From Macrostomum lignano (taxonomy: Eukaryota): 53,574 bases of DNA. This document shows positions 11,714-41,339 of this stretch, piece after piece (the first letter of the stretch is position 1; each line of letters begins with the position of its first letter). Location: contig NIVC01004240.1 of NCBI GenBank assembly GCA_002269645.1, positions 1-53,574 on the forward strand, in the 5' to 3' direction. Made by a program: the position numbers and the translations under genes. The notes under the pieces are model-generated. The model worked only from the letters and a program-made list of their open reading frames with translations, was not told where the DNA came from and did not search any database.

Positions 11714-13974
11714 ATCGGGAACCTGTGGCAGACTAAAAAAAAACAAGCTATTTGATTTAAACTGTGTGTGTAGTTCTGGCGAGGTTGAATTCAGCCTTCT
11801 TTCTATTGATATTTAACAAAAGTTGTAAGTTGTTTGTTGTATCAGTATAGTATTTGATGCTGTTCGAATGCTTTCTGGGAATTGGCCTGAAGTGGTGGCA
11901 GCCAACTAGGATCCAGATGCTTACCTAATAATATCGATATAGACAGTAATCAAGGTGATTGATTTTATGTAGGACGCGGAATGTACCGGCAACTCCGAAC
12001 TGAAAGCCAATAATAATTGATATTAAAACGTTTATGTTATCCTCGAGAATGCTCCGCGAGAACTATATAGGACAAAACTTGTGTTTTAATAGCTTATAAA
12101 TATTTCGCTATTTTTATTCATAAAAGTTTACTTGGGGTAGACAATTCTTACAGCGATCTTTCCCTAATGTTTACTCTGATAGTTTTTATCCCCCATTTTA
12201 CACAATTTGTAATGCAATGGCTCACTAATATTTAATGACCCGCTTATAAATTGCCACTTAATGACGCAATATCGTGTACCGGTACAAAAAATGGGGTTTT
12301 GTGTCTACAAGAACTTCTGTTGCAAGTAGGTAATGATTGTAGGTATTAAATATACTACGTTCTCAACAAAGTTCTATCAATCGAATTTAGTAATCTACAA
12401 ATTATAAAGCACTCAAGAAGAGCACGCAGCACACACTGTAGCATAGCATGGCTGCATGTGGATGCATGGCATCAGTCAGAACCTCGGACTGGCCCTCATA
12501 GCAACAGAGATCAAGTGTACGTACATAACTGACTATTGGAAAGTCATGGGCGGCTGTACATCCTGTGTGAACGTACAATATCTATGTGCGCTTGTTGTGC
12601 CCTCAACTTTGGTTGTGGGGACAATGTCGGCGAAGGCATTAATTAAGGCAGGGTGCACCAAATCTTTGCTACAATTGATTTAACCAACCTTACGTACTGA
12701 TAGTTCTGATTAAAATGTACATCAAATTTTATAAATTACATGTATTATGAATCTGAACTCTTTGAGAAATAAACAGTCATCAAGATTTTGGTAACACTCG
12801 TCCTATTGTAGCTATGCAATTTTAATAGAACAATATAATCCACTTTGTTTAAGCTCACTTTGATTAATGAAATCTCGCTTTCGGACAACCAGGCATTGTG
12901 TAGAAAGATTTGTCTATTGCTTTTCCTTGTATATTTGCAATAGATCGATGAAGGCGAATTAAAATGACAGTGTTCCGAGAGCGATGTATTTCTGCGACTA
13001 CTTATGGTAGAAAAAATAGTACAAAAGGATCAATCTATCGAGATATTGTTAAACAAAATGCTCGTCGAAGTGTCCTCTCAACTAATAATAAATAAAAGAG
13101 GAAAATGAGAAAAAACAAGTGTTGCATTCACTTTGAGTGTGTCAAAAGGCGCAACAGACGGGGGATCATGAGGTCGGCGTGATTGTTAACAAAAATACAG
13201 GAAAATATAAATTGTGAACTGCAGTTTGATGCGCGGCAAGGCAACTGAGACGGCTCAAACTGAGCAAGATTTCAAGATTTGATCATTACAGCATTGAGCA
13301 TGCCAGTTGCCACCGAATCAACACCTTGTAAATTGAATTTGAATTGATATTTTCACCACATAAACAAAAGTACACTGTAATGATGCTAAAGCATTTGTGT
13401 CCTGAAATATTAACTTAATAAGAAAAAATATGAATGCGAGGCATGGCATGACAAATATAGCTAGTTATGCAACGCCCCTGAAAAATTCACCGCAGAACTA
13501 CAAAACTGAAGAAGATTTCAAGATTTCAAGTATATAGCATCAATTTCTGGTAAAATCGCTTCTAATTTACAATAGCAACAATTCATGAAGAAATTGAAAA
13601 TGAATATGTTGACTATGAGCATATTTCAGACAAGGACTACTTGAGTAGTTCCTGATTTCAGGATTGCATGCTTCAACTTTGTTACTATAAGCTCAGGCCC
13701 TTAAAGTTTATTAACGCCGATATTTAATGCTACGATACATAAACAAACTACTATATATTGAAAAAAGGCTTTCTAGATATTTTCAACCTTGTTTGCGAAG
13801 CAAAAATGGCAATTTTTTGTTAATCGCAGTTGCAATACAGGACTATTTATGAAATAATATCCCATTCTTGTCCATAGTTTCCCGGTACATTTAACATCTT
13901 CCACCTGTCTGATTAACTGTCTTACCTCAAGGGACAGATAAAGAATCCAGCTCATGACTGCGGGCTAGATCAAA

Positions 13975-15270
13975 GAGGAAAGAAGAAGGGAGAGGTGAGA
14001 GGGGAGATGAGATGGGAGAGGAGAGAGACGAGAAGGGAGAGAAGGGAGAGGAAAGAAGAAAGAGAAAGGAGAGGAGAGGAGAGGAGAGGTGAGAAGAGAG
14101 AGAAGTAAAGAGAGAGAAGAGAAGTCACGGCGTGTTAAAAATTTAGTACGAGCGATATAGGCTACCGGTTTCAAGCCTCTGGGCTCTTCGTCAGAGGAGA
14201 GAAGACAGAGAAGAGAGAGAAGAGGAGAGAAAAGAGAGAAGGGAGAGGAGAGGAGAGGAGAGGATAGAGAGAAGGGAGAGGAGAGGAGAGGAGAGGAGAG
14301 GAGAGGAGAGGAGAGGAGAGGAGAGGAGAGGAGAGGAGAGAGGAGATGAGAGGAGAGGAGAGGAGAGGAGAGGAGAGGAGAGGAGAGGAGAGGAGAGGAG
14401 AGGAGAGGGGAGGAGAGGAGAGGAGAGGAGAGGAGAGGAGAGGAGAGGAGAGGAGAGGAGAGGAGAGGAGAGGAGAGGAGAGGAGAGGAGAGGAGAGGAG
14501 AGGAGAGGAGAGGAGAGGAGAGGAGAGGAGAGGAGAGGAGAGGAGAGGAGAGGAGAGGAGAGGAGAGGAGAGGAGAGGAGAGGAGAGGAGAGGAGAGGAG
14601 AGGAGAGGAGAGGAGAGGAGAGGAGAGGAGAGGAGAGGAGAGGAGAGGAGAGGAGAGGAGAGGAGAGGAGAGGAGAGGAGAGGAGAGGAGAGGAGAGGGG
14701 AGGAGAGGAGAGGAGAGGAGAGGAGGAGAGGAGAGGAGAGGAGAGGAGAGGAGAGGAGAGGAGAGGAGAGGAGAGGAGAGGAGAGGAGAGGAGAGGAGAG
14801 GAGAGGAGAGGAGAGGAGAGGAGAGGAGATGAGAGGAGAGGAGAGGAGAGGAGAGGAGAGGAGAGGAGAGGAGAGGAGAGGAGAGGAGAGGAGAGGAGAG
14901 GAGAGGAGAGGAGAGGAGAGGAGAGGTGAGAAGAGAGAGAAGTAAAGAGAGAGAAGAGAAGTCACGGCGTGTTAAAAATTTAGTACGAGCGATATAGGCT
15001 ACCGGTTTCAAGCCTCTGGGCTTTTCGTCAGAGGAGAGAAGACAGAGAAGAGAGAGAAGAGGAGAGGAAAGAGAGAAGGGAGAGGAGAGGAGAGGAGAGG
15101 ATAGAGAGAAGGGCGAGGAGAGGAGAGGAGAGGAGAGGAGAGGAGAGGAGAGGAGAGGAGAGGAGAGGAGAGGAGAGGAGAGGAGAGGATAGAGAGAAGA
15201 GAGAGGAGAGGAGAGGAGAGGAGAGGAGAGGAGAGGAGAGGAGAGGAGAGGAGAGGAGAGGAGAGGAGAG
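13975..15270. repeat. (AGAGG)n microsatellite tracts within a roughly 837-bp tandem duplication
   Basis: Long AGAGG runs. A unique spacer AAGTCACGGCGTGTTAAAA...TTCGTCAGAGG occurs at about 14121 and about 14958. Confidence 0.95.
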
Positions 15271-15659
15271 GGCTGAGAAGAGATAAACCCTGAGAGGGGG
15301 GCGGATCGCTATTGTGAAGTTTCAAAGGACCCGAGAGCCGGATAAAGAGGCTTTGCGACCAGAGTCTGCCGACCTCTGCTCAAAAATCTTCTCTTAGATG
15401 ACTCCCAGAACCAAAATTAGCTCGTATGCACAAAACGATAATCCCTATGCGATAAATAGAAGGGCGTGAAACTTCAAGAGCTTTTCAATGTTTAACCAGA
15501 AATCATCACGTCAAAAATGAGCCGTCTACAGCAGATTTCTATCCAATTTAGTGAATCTACAAAACTCTATTCTATAGTCAGAGTAAAAAGCGACACACAA
15601 AACCGCATGCTTGAACTAATTTCTTTAGTCCAGAAGTAAAAATATTTTGTCAACAAAGT

Positions 15660-29944
<14,285 letters not shown>

Positions 29945-30555
29945 GTTGCGCAAGAATGCGATCGGTGATCTCCGACTCGATAAACTAGACTTTCTGCGCA
30001 ATCAAGACAGTCGATCTATGTGCGCATTACGACCTTGGAGTAAATTGTTCCACGCTCTTCCTTTCTTCAATGCTAAAAAGGTTGTGGAAGTGAGGGAGAG
30101 AAGGAGACAGAATGGGCCACTGAGACTTCCTGGACCAATCGCATCTGGGATGCTATTTATAGCAGAAGGCTCTTGCTGAGGGCAACGCGGCTGTGGGCTC
30201 TCTGAATGCTGACGCTGTATGAGGAAGAGGAGGCTGCGGGGGAAGGAAGCTGACGGCAGCTTCCTGCGCAAGAGCCAAGCCACTCTCGCCCAAATTCTAA
30301 AGCGACAAACGGCGCGCAGTTTTGTGTCAGAAGTTAGATTTTTTCTATACTAACAGCATAGAGAGGAGCTAAGCCGGGGAACAGAGAGGGTGAGGGTGCA
30401 AAGTACGGAGGTGCCGTCTCTTTTCTACAGCCAATTTCCTAGACAGTCCATGGCTAATCAGCCATCAGAATGTCTGATCCGATGGCTGGACAGTCGCATG
30501 ATTTTTTCAGTCGTACGACAGGCAATGTTCTCTGTCTCTAATAGCCTGTCTTAGT

Positions 30556-30608
30556 GTCTGACTGTCTGTCTGTCTGTGTGTCTGTCTGTGTCTGTCTGTC
30601 TGTCTGTG

Positions 30609-30659
<51 letters not shown>

Positions 30660-30910
30660 GTGTCTGTCTGTGTCTGTCTGTCTGTCTGTCTGTGTGTCTG
30701 TCTGTGTCTGTCTGTCTGTCTGTCTGTGTGTCTGTCTGTGTCTGTCTGTCTGTCTGTGTGTCTGTCTGTCTGTCTGTGTGTCTGTCTGTGTCTGACTGTC
30801 TGTCTGTCTGTGTGTCTGTCTGTGTCTGTCTGTCTGTCTGTGTGTCTGTCTGTGTCTGTCTGTCTGTGTGTCTGTCTGTCTGTCTGTCTGTCTGTGTTAC
30901 TGTCTGTGTG
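30556..30910. repeat. Compound (TCTG/TG)n microsatellite
   Basis: Direct repetition. Confidence 0.96.
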
Positions 30911-32199
30911 TTTACTTGGACCTTTCGTCGGTTCAGTTGCCGCATTAGCTGGACCTTTCGGTTTAGGTGGACAGCGTAGGTGGACCACCGAATAATTTTG
31001 CTCCAGACAACGTTGAGTGGTTTATAAGGACCACAAAACAGAGCAATGGATGTCAGGAATGAGTGCCGCAAAGCGCAACATTCATCGGCATTCATGTTCA
31101 GAAAAAAATGCATTTCAGTTTACATGGACTTTTTGCGATGTCCACCTAAACCGGGTCTGAAAGGTCCAGCTAAACAAAAATTGTCAATGAAAATTTCTGA
31201 ATTTGTCTGTTGCAGTCTGTTTCAGTCTGTTTCAGTCTGTTTCAGTCTGTTAGCAATTTACCTTTTTACAACATCTTTTACGCCAAAAAAGTAATATATT
31301 TAATTTCCGTGATCTTAAATTAGGCACACACGGCTTTGTTAAGCTTTCTTCAAAGCCTTCCCACGGTTTTGTGCCCGAAAAATATTCGAATGACGGTTCC
31401 TTTATCACGTTAGCTGCTGATAGTAGTTTAAATGGATATTGTATCCTATAGGCCTATCGACTTTCCTTCTTTTAGATTCCTTTTGATATTTGATATTTAT
31501 AAAAGTATCGAACCACAATAAGAAATAATCCTGGTGGAGAGTTTCGGCCTTGAGAAGAAGGTTCTGCTCTCAGATCCCTGTTTAGGGGTGGGGAAGCACC
31601 AAACCAAGCTCAAAGCGAAGGTCTGATATTTTTTATTTTAGTTTAGCCTGGGTCCCACTAAACACAGTTGCACGCACATCAAATCGTCTGTTGAGGTCCA
31701 TGTAAACGAAACTCGAAGCGCACAACACAGTCACACAGACTAGAGCTGCATTGGTTAAGGACTGATTTCGGAGAGGTTGGTAAAAATCGAACACAGAGTC
31801 CCGGAGAGGTGCAACAGTAACAGATGTTACATCAAGTGGACTGGATACCTAAGGTAAGCATAAAATGAAAAGATTCAATTTAAAAGATTGACTTCCTCGC
31901 ATTCTAATTCTCTAGTAAAACCAAGCCTTTAGATTACTACGTAGCTAATAAAACAACACACGACTTTTAGATCTAACTACTTGGGAGCCAGTGAAAAATG
32001 TTTTCGACGACGTTTTTGAAAAATTGCATTGAAATTGCAGTAAGTACCAAAACGAAGTGTTATTTAGGATGAAAAAATAATAAACTTTTGTAAAGAGCCT
32101 CAATAAGAACCTACTCAATCGAAATTTCAGAAATATGTTTTCCTGCCAGACCAAAAAGCAAAATCTACCAGGTAAGCAAATCGGTGCACATACAACTTA

Positions 32200-35100
32200 A
32201 ACTGGTCCAGCTAACCTACAGACTGTACTGACGCCACTGAGACAGTCTGTTTAAGAGTCTTTCAGATGGGAGGTGAAATTCAAGTTTAGGAGGTCCAGCT
32301 AACCGACAGACTGTACTGACACCAATATGCCAGTCTGTTTCAAAGTCTCAGTAGAATCAAAGTATCAGTTGTAAACTGTCAATCCTGAATTCTCGTATAA
32401 ATGCCAAATTTGACAGGCCCAGTCTGGAGACGGCAAGTCAGCTTTGATGCAGACAAGTGACGCAAGCAACTCCAGCAAGATATCGACCAAGACTTTAAAG
32501 GCCAAGAGCCATTAAGTCGACTATAGGCTGACGCCTCACGTCTGGACACCTGTAAGAAGTCGGCTGAGGCACCTGAGACGCTGGTCAGTCCGGTGGACAG
32601 ACGTGTTGCCTCATCGTAGTTCAGTCATCGGACGAGATTGAATCTACTGTGGTGAGCTTGCTGCAAAAGTGTTCAGGTTTGGTTTATCATATTCTAATTG
32701 AACTGGTCCAGCTAACCTACAGACTGTACTGACGCAACTGATCCAGTCTGTTTAGGAGCCTCACAGATGGGAGGTGGAATTCAGGTTTAGGTGGTCCAGC
32801 TGACCTACAGACTGTACTGACGCAACTGAGCCAGTCTGTTTAGGAGCCTCACAGATGGAGGTGGAATTCAAGTCCAGGAGGTCCAGCTAACCTACAGACT
32901 GTACTGACACCACTGTGCCAGTCTGTTTCAAAGTCTCAGTAGGAAATCAGTTGTAAATTCTCAATCCTGAATTCTCGTATAAATGTCAAATTTGACAGGC
33001 CCAGTCTGGAGATGGCAAGTCAGCATTGATGCAGACGAGTGACGCAAGCAACTCTGGCAAGATGTCGACCAAGACTTTAAAGGCTAAGAGCCATTGAATC
33101 GATTATAGGCTGACATTTCACGTCTGGACACCTCTAAAAAGTTTGCTGAGGCACCTGAGACGCTGTTCAGTCTGATGGACAGACGTGTTGTCTCATCTCA
33201 GTTCAATCATCGGACGAGATTGAATCTACTGTGGTGAGCTTGCTGCAAAAGTGTTCAGATTTGGCTTATCCTATTCTAATTTAACTGGTCCAGCTAACCT
33301 ACAGACTGCACTGACGCAACTGAGCCGGTCTGTTGAGGAGCCTCACAGATGGAGGTGGAATTCAAGTTTAGGTGGTCCAGCTAAACTACAGACTGCACTG
33401 ACGCAACTGAGCCAGTCTGTTTAGCAGCCTCACAGATGGAGGTGGAATTCAAGTTTAGGTGGTCCAGCTAAACTACAGACTGCACTGACGCAACTGAGCG
33501 AGTCTGTTTAGCAGCCTCACAGATGGAGGTGGAATTCAAGTTTAGGTGGTCCAGCTAAACTACAGACTGTACTGACGCCACTGAGCCAGTCTGTTTCAAA
33601 GTCTCAGTAGGATATCAGTTGTAAATTCTCAATCCTGAATTCTCGTATAAATGTCAAATTTGACAGGCCCAGTCTGGATACGGCAAGTCAGCATTGATGC
33701 AGACGAGTGACGCAAGCAACTCTGGAAAGATGTCGACCAATACTTCAAAGGCCAAGAGCCATTGAGTCGACTATAGGCTGAGACCTCACATCTGGACACC
33801 TCCCAAAAAAGTTTGCTGAGGCACCTGAGACGCTGGTCAGTCCGGTGGACAGATATGGTGAGCTTGCTGCAAAATTGTTCAGATTTGGCTTATCCTTTTC
33901 TAAATGTAATTGAACTGGTCCAGCTAACCTACAGACTGCACTGACGCAACTTAGCCAGTCTGTTTAAGAGCCTCACAGATGGGAGGTGGAATTCAAGTCC
34001 AGGAGGTCCAGCTAACCTACAGACTGTACTGACGCCACTGAGCCAGTCTGTTTAGGAGCCTCACAGATGGGAGGTGGAATTCAGTTTAGCTGGTCCAGCT
34101 AACCTACAGACTGTACTGACGCAACTGAGCCAGTCTGTTTAGGAGCCTCACAGATGGAGGTGGAATTCAAGTTTAGCTGGTCCAGCTAACCTACAGACTG
34201 TACTGACGCCACTGAGCCAGTCTGTTTCAAAGTTTCAGTAGGAAATCAGTTGTTAATTCTCAATCCTGTATTCTCGTATAAATGTCAAATTTGACAGGCC
34301 CAGTCTGGAGATGGCAAGTCAGCATTGATGCAGACGAGTGACGCAAGCAACTCTGGCAAGATGTCGACCAAGACCTTAAAGGCCAAGAGCCATTGAATCG
34401 ATTATAGGCTGACATCTCACGTCTGGACACTTGTAAAAACTTTGCTGAGGCACCTGAGACGCTGTTCAGTCTGATGGACAGACGTGTTGCCTCATCTCAG
34501 TTCAGTCATCGGACGAGATTGAATCTACTGTGGTGAGCTTGCTGCAAAAGTGTTCAGTTTTGGCTTATCCTATTCTAATTGAACTGGTCCAGCTAACCTA
34601 CAGACTGCACTGACGCAACTGAGCCAGTCTGTTTAGGAGCCTCACAGATGAAGTTTAGGTGGTCCAGCTAACCTACAGACTGCACTGATGCCACTGAGCC
34701 AGTCTGTTTAGGAGCCTCACAGATGGGAGGTGGAATTCAAGTCTAGGAGGTCCAGCTAACCTACAGACTGTACTGACGCCACTGAGCCAGTCTGTTTCAA
34801 AGTCTCAGTAGGAAATCAGTTGTTAATTCTCAATCCTGTATTCTCGTATAAATGTCAAATTTGACAGGCCCAGTCTGGAGATGGCAAGTCAGCATTGATG
34901 CAGACGAGTGACGCAAGCAACTCTGGCAAGATGTCGACCAAGACCTTAAAGGCCAAGAGCCATTGAATCGATTATAGGCTGACATTTCACGTCTGGACAC
35001 CTCTAAAAAGTTTGCTGAGGCACCTGAGACGCTGTTCAGTCTGATGGACAGACGTGTTGCCTCATCTCAGTTCAGTCATCGGACGAGATTGAATCTACTG

Positions 35101-35670
35101 TGGTGAGCTTGCTGCAAAAGTGTTCAGATTTGGCTTATCCTATTCTAATTGAACTGGTCCAGCTAACCTACAGACTGCACTGACGCAACTGAGCCAGTCT
35201 GTTTAGGAGCCTCACAGATGGAGGTGGAATTCAAGTTTAGGAGGTCCAGCTAACCTACAGACTGTACTGACGCAACTGACCAGTCTGTTTAGGAGCCTCA
35301 CAGATATTCAAAGTTTAGGAGGTCCAGCTAACCTACAGACTGCACTGACGCAACTGACCAGTCTGTTTAGGAGCCTCACAGATATTCAAGTTTAGGTGGT
35401 CCAGCTAAACTACAGACTGTACTGACGCCACTGAGCCAGTCTGTTTAGGAGCCTCACAGATGGGAGGTGGAATTCAAGTCCAAGAGGTCCAGCTAAACTA
35501 CAGACTGCACTGACGCAACTGAGCCAGTCTGTTTAAAAGTCTCAGTAGGAAATCAGTTGTAAATTCTCAATCCTGTATTCTCGTATAAATGTCAAATTTG
35601 ACAGGCCCAGTCTGGAGATGGCAAGTCAGCATTGATGCAGACGAGTGACGCAAGCAACTCTGGCAAGATG
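32200..35670. repeat. Higher-order satellite: six 570-740 bp units, each made of 2-6 roughly 70-bp hairpin subunits plus one roughly 330-bp segment
   Basis: The long segment (GT[C/T]TCAGTAG...TATAAATG[T/C]CAAATTTGACAGG...) starts near 32345, 32934, 33601, 34232, 34803 and 35540 (last copy truncated). The subunit is GGTCCAGCTAACCTACAGACTGYACTGACGCMACTGAGCCAGTCTGTTTAGGAGCCTCACAGATGG. Confidence 0.95.
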
Positions 35671-36497
35671 AAGACTAGTTTTTTGAGCTCAACCGCAATA
35701 GTTTGTTTACGATGATATTGACTGCGACAGCTTGTGGCTTTCTGTGAGATGATTCCGCTATCCTTCGTAACATGTCTTGTCCGTCCGTTAAAATTTTTTT
35801 TATTGTTCAAAAATTGAGTGGAAAGTTGTTCTATTGTAATACGTGAAATTATTTGGGCAAATTTATTATTTTAGTATTTATTCAGTATTTATTAATTATC
35901 ATCGTCAATCTACTTGCTTTTTTGGCACATAATTGGGACGTTAAGTGTGTTTCTTTAGATTTATCATTATTCTAGTGCACTACAAATATGAATTTTTGCT
36001 ATTTAAAGTTTTGCTTGGCCGTTAATTTGCACTTGTAACTATTTTTCTCGGCCTAAAAATTAGTTGCATTTGATTCATTTGTTTTTAATGAGGATGATCG
36101 GTTCTTGAGTCCGGAGCAAAGTAGAACTGAATGCATAATTTGCACTTTATTACATATTTTGTATTTGGGGCTTCCGTCACGTGACTTTTTAGTGTTTTTT
36201 CTCGTGCTTAACAGTACTGGGTCGATAATAATCCCAGTACTCTGCTAAATAAATGATGGTCCACCTAAACGGTGTCTTTTTGAAGGTCCACCTAAAACAG
36301 GTCCGGGCTGGTCCAGCTATCCCAGTTGAAAGTGACATGCAGTTTCCACGAGATGGCTAATCTGCAGGCTAAACTGAAAGACAACCCACGCTAACTTTTC
36401 GTGTAGAGACAAAAGACACCGGTTTTATAGCGAAACTAGGTGGTCCACCTAATGCATTAACAAAACTCTGGTCCCGCTAAACACACAGACAGCGGTA

Positions 36498-36533
<36 letters not shown>

Positions 36534-37027
36534 CGCCTGTATCTCATAGCATCTGTTTCAGCCCAGCCTAACCCCAGCCAGCCTTGTCGCTGGGTCATAA
36601 AATTAGAATATTCAGAGCCCCAACGGGTTACTGAGGGCAGCCCTGGTCATTTAAACTTTTCTTTCACCAGATAAACCCTGTCGTTTCTTTCATGGGCCTT
36701 CAACCCCAAATGATTCTTTGCTTTCTTCCGCAAGTACGATGTGGAATTTCTTTCACTCCAGTTCGAAATTAACTGCGCAAGACGCGGCAGATGCGGAGCG
36801 GTTCCTAACTGCCTCAGCCCAATCAGATTCCCTCCGAGCTACAGAGTTACTATAAAATCCATGCTAATGGATTCCGCACGCCTAAAGCCGAAATTTCGGC
36901 AAAAAAAGTGCAACAGCCAACCACTAAAAGACCCAGCTGCTGATAAGCTGACAAGAAGTCTTGGCCGAACTTTCTAAAATTCGATGTGCTTTTTCGCATT
37001 AATTGAATTAAGATGTTTTTCATCGTT

Positions 37028-37430
37028 TGAATCTGCCTCTCCGCTCCCTCAGTGATTGAATCTGCCTCTCCGCTCCCTCAGTGATTGAATCTGCCTCTCC
37101 GCTCCCTCAGTGATTGAATCTGCCTCTCCGCTCCCTCAGTGATTGAATCTGCCTCTCCGCTCCCTCAGTGATTGAATCTGCCTCTCCGCTCCCTCAGTGA
37201 TTGAATCTGCCTCTCCGCTCCCTCAGTGATTGAATCTGCCTCTCCGCTCCCTCAGTGATTGAATCTGCCTCTCCGCTCCCTCAGTGATTGAATCTGCCTC
37301 TCCGCTCCCTCAGTGATTGAATCTGCCTCTCCGCTCCCTCAGTGATTGAATCTGCCTCTCCGCTCCTCAGTCTCCCTGAATCTGCCTCTCGGCTCCCTCA
37401 GTCCCTGAATCTGCCTCTCGGCTCCCTTGA
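37028..37430. repeat. 29-bp minisatellite (TGAATCTGCCTCTCCGCTCCCTCAGTGAT), about 14 copies, same family as 1-731
   Basis: Direct repetition with a shared core. Confidence 0.96.
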
Positions 37431-38961
37431 ACCTGCTCAGTGCATATTAAGTGGCGCACAATTAGTGAGGTAGAAATATCTACCCTTGAAGTTATTCAAA
37501 TGACTAATATTATTCTTCAATCCAGTTTTAGAATTGTCTTTTTTGCTTCACTTGAATTTATGAAAAAGCCTTCTTGGTTTGAAGAAGACCGTTGGCGGTT
37601 AGCATAGAGAAACCATCTAAGTTAGCACAGCCGGCGGAAACACATACAGTTGCAAGAGATAATCTCTTTGCAAGAAGCGGAGAACATTTTTTCAGTAAGA
37701 TAGAAAGAGCAAACTATTGAATTATTGAGCAGGCATCGACTCCCAGATTAAGGAAGGACCCAGAGCTCACTCTTTGCAGTCCTCGATCTCTGCCTTGCGG
37801 AGAAAATTGGTCCTCATGTCACAGAGAGACAGACAGACACTGAGAGGGGGACAGAGAGGGCGGAGCGCCCAGATTCACGTCCAGAGTGCGTGAAAGTTGT
37901 TCTCGAAAATCGTTTTCCCATGCACTCTCTGAACTTCTGTGCGATCCCCTACCGCGTCTAACTAACCAGATCATCGGGTGGATTAGCGGGACTCAGTGAG
38001 ACAGCGCATGCTTGGGTGGGTTGCAGACTCTCTGGTGAAACCGACAGTGACCGAACAGTCTTTGTGACTGCGACAGACATTCTGTCAGCTTTCGTTTATT
38101 TGATAGTTTTTGGCTCAGGGGCAAGAGTATTTTGTGCGCCCCTTGTGCTAAAAGACTGGACCCCTTCCGAAAAATTCTTGGTTTCCCCTAAGGGGGCCGA
38201 GTGCTAGTCCATCTATACTAAACATGTACCTCATAGAATATTAGCTAAACTCTCGCGAAAAATTTCCGGAAAACTGTTTTTGATGTTTTTAGGTTTTCGG
38301 GTTTCGAATTCAAAATCGATGTCCCTGTCGCGTTTGATTTTCGATTTTAGGCAGGTCTTTTGATCTTTGACTTGGATTTTCCCTGCCCTTTGCTTCCTTT
38401 CTGTAAAGAAATTCGTCTTTAAAAGAAAGCCTGTTATTTGATACTTTCATTTAAAAGCTTTCGCAACAGTAGCGGGTCGGTTCTCTGCCTTCTCTGGTAG
38501 TTTCTTTCTCCTTCAAATTAAGTTACAGAAAATGTACTTTTAACGGTTGAACTTTTAAGCTGCTGCTCCTCCTCTACTTTCTCAACAATTGTCATTCCGC
38601 ATAAGCATTGACTGTCTCTTGATTTCCGTCTTTTCAGGTCTGACTCACAATCTACTGCTTACGTGTCAACTTTTCTATATCGCTTTTTACCTCAATCTCC
38701 ACCTATCCCGCAGGTACAGCGTCATCGCATAATTTTTCATCAAAGTACGCAACTTTACAAGCTATCGCGGCAACAGTAAAATCACAGAACTGCACAGACC
38801 AGCTAGAACCGACAAGTATTCATTATTAATCTGCGGCTACCAACCTAGTTAGCTTCCAGTTTAGCAGTGCCAACAAGTTTCCTGAAGAGCGTTTACAATG
38901 TCCGCTCGTAAGCTTATTTTATTGTAGTCTTTTACTATCACTAGTTAATACCTGGAACGAT

Positions 38962-39240
<279 letters not shown>

Positions 39241-39995
39241 ATAGAGACATCAGGCGATAAAGTCCCATTCGCACAGCGCAAGTGCAATCCTGCAGGGCAT
39301 TTAATTTGTGCCTCGGATATCGCAGAGGGGAGGTGCTGGTGCAGGGAGTGAAAGGAAAGATCCCAAAGAGTCTGGAAGAGCCCGGAAGAGGGGGCTGCAG
39401 CCGATGCAGGTGAACAAGCTGTGGCAGGAATTTCCCCGCGAAGACTGCGAGCGGCCAAATCGGTCAATAGGCGGCCAGGCCGCGCAGCTGCTTGGCCCGA
39501 GATTTATGAATGGCCGCCGGCCTCTCCGGAATGCGGCACGGGACTTGAGGGGGAGGCCCTCAGACCTCGCATCCCCTCCCATTTGTAGTTTAAGCCATAT
39601 CTGGCTCGACCCTCTTGTCCGGGCCTACCCTTCTAGCCGGGGCACTTTGACTGCTTGTCTGTAGTCCGATTATTGTGTGTAACTTTTTCAGCGATGCTTC
39701 TAATAAGTAGAGTGGTGAGAAGAAATAAACAGACACGACCGATATGTATCGAAAGTGGACTGGGTTGATTTGAAATCTATTGAGTTGTACATTCTCTGCG
39801 TGTGGTGTCTTTCGGGAGCGGAGCCCGAGCGGAAAGGAAAATCCTCTGCTTGCATTGCTGTTGCTGCTTCTGCGCCGGAGAGTGTGAGGCGGCAAGAAGA
39901 TTTGCTTTGTGCGATCTGCTTCCGCTTGCCTGCCAACTGCAGGCTGAAGGCCGCAAACAAAGCGCGTGATGGGAAAGTGCTGTCAGTGTGTGCTG

Positions 39996-40859
<864 letters not shown>

Positions 40860-41339
40860 GCAATCTTGCATGCAGAAGGAAGGCATTATCCGCACCCTTC
40901 ACTAGTCGGTCTTTCCAATTAAAATTCTTGCGTACTACACTACGGAATTCATTACTTGCTACTGTAAGTAGGCTGTATAGCATATTATTTTTTTCGATCG
41001 CGAATTTATAGACAATGGTGACGGCAACAAATGAGACTAATAAACAAAGTCAATGTAGATAAATCAACACCAATGCATCAAAAACTGTTTTATATTATAG
41101 TTGTTCGTGATTTTCAATGAAAAAGCGAAAATTTACAAAGCCGGTAAAGACGAATAATTGTGGCATAAAATCTATATTTTATAACACTTAAATGGTAAAA
41201 ATAAATTGAAATTGTTAGCAATGTTGTAATTATTATCAGTCAGAATTTTTAAAGTCATAGTTTATGTAAACATAAAGCAAAATTTATTGAGTTTCCATGC
41301 AATTAATTTGTTTTAATGCTTAAGTATCGTAAGTCATAA

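Noticed and set aside
13965-15325. SSPLL / GEERR long ORFs
   Set aside because: Artefacts of the (AGAGG)n repeat.
30002-30283. 93-aa minus-strand ORF upstream of SLC9B exon 1
   Set aside because: GTG start and it stops before the main ATG. It is more likely 5' UTR or promoter.
32200-35670. Hammerhead ribozyme, CRISPR-like or SL/snRNA array in the higher-order satellite
   Set aside because: No CUGANGA...GAAA core was found. Subunits are near-identical with no unique spacers, and no Sm site or known small-RNA sequence was recognised.
39308-39664. 118-aa ORF in the core between the inverted GATA tracts
   Set aside because: No recognisable domain and no splice support.
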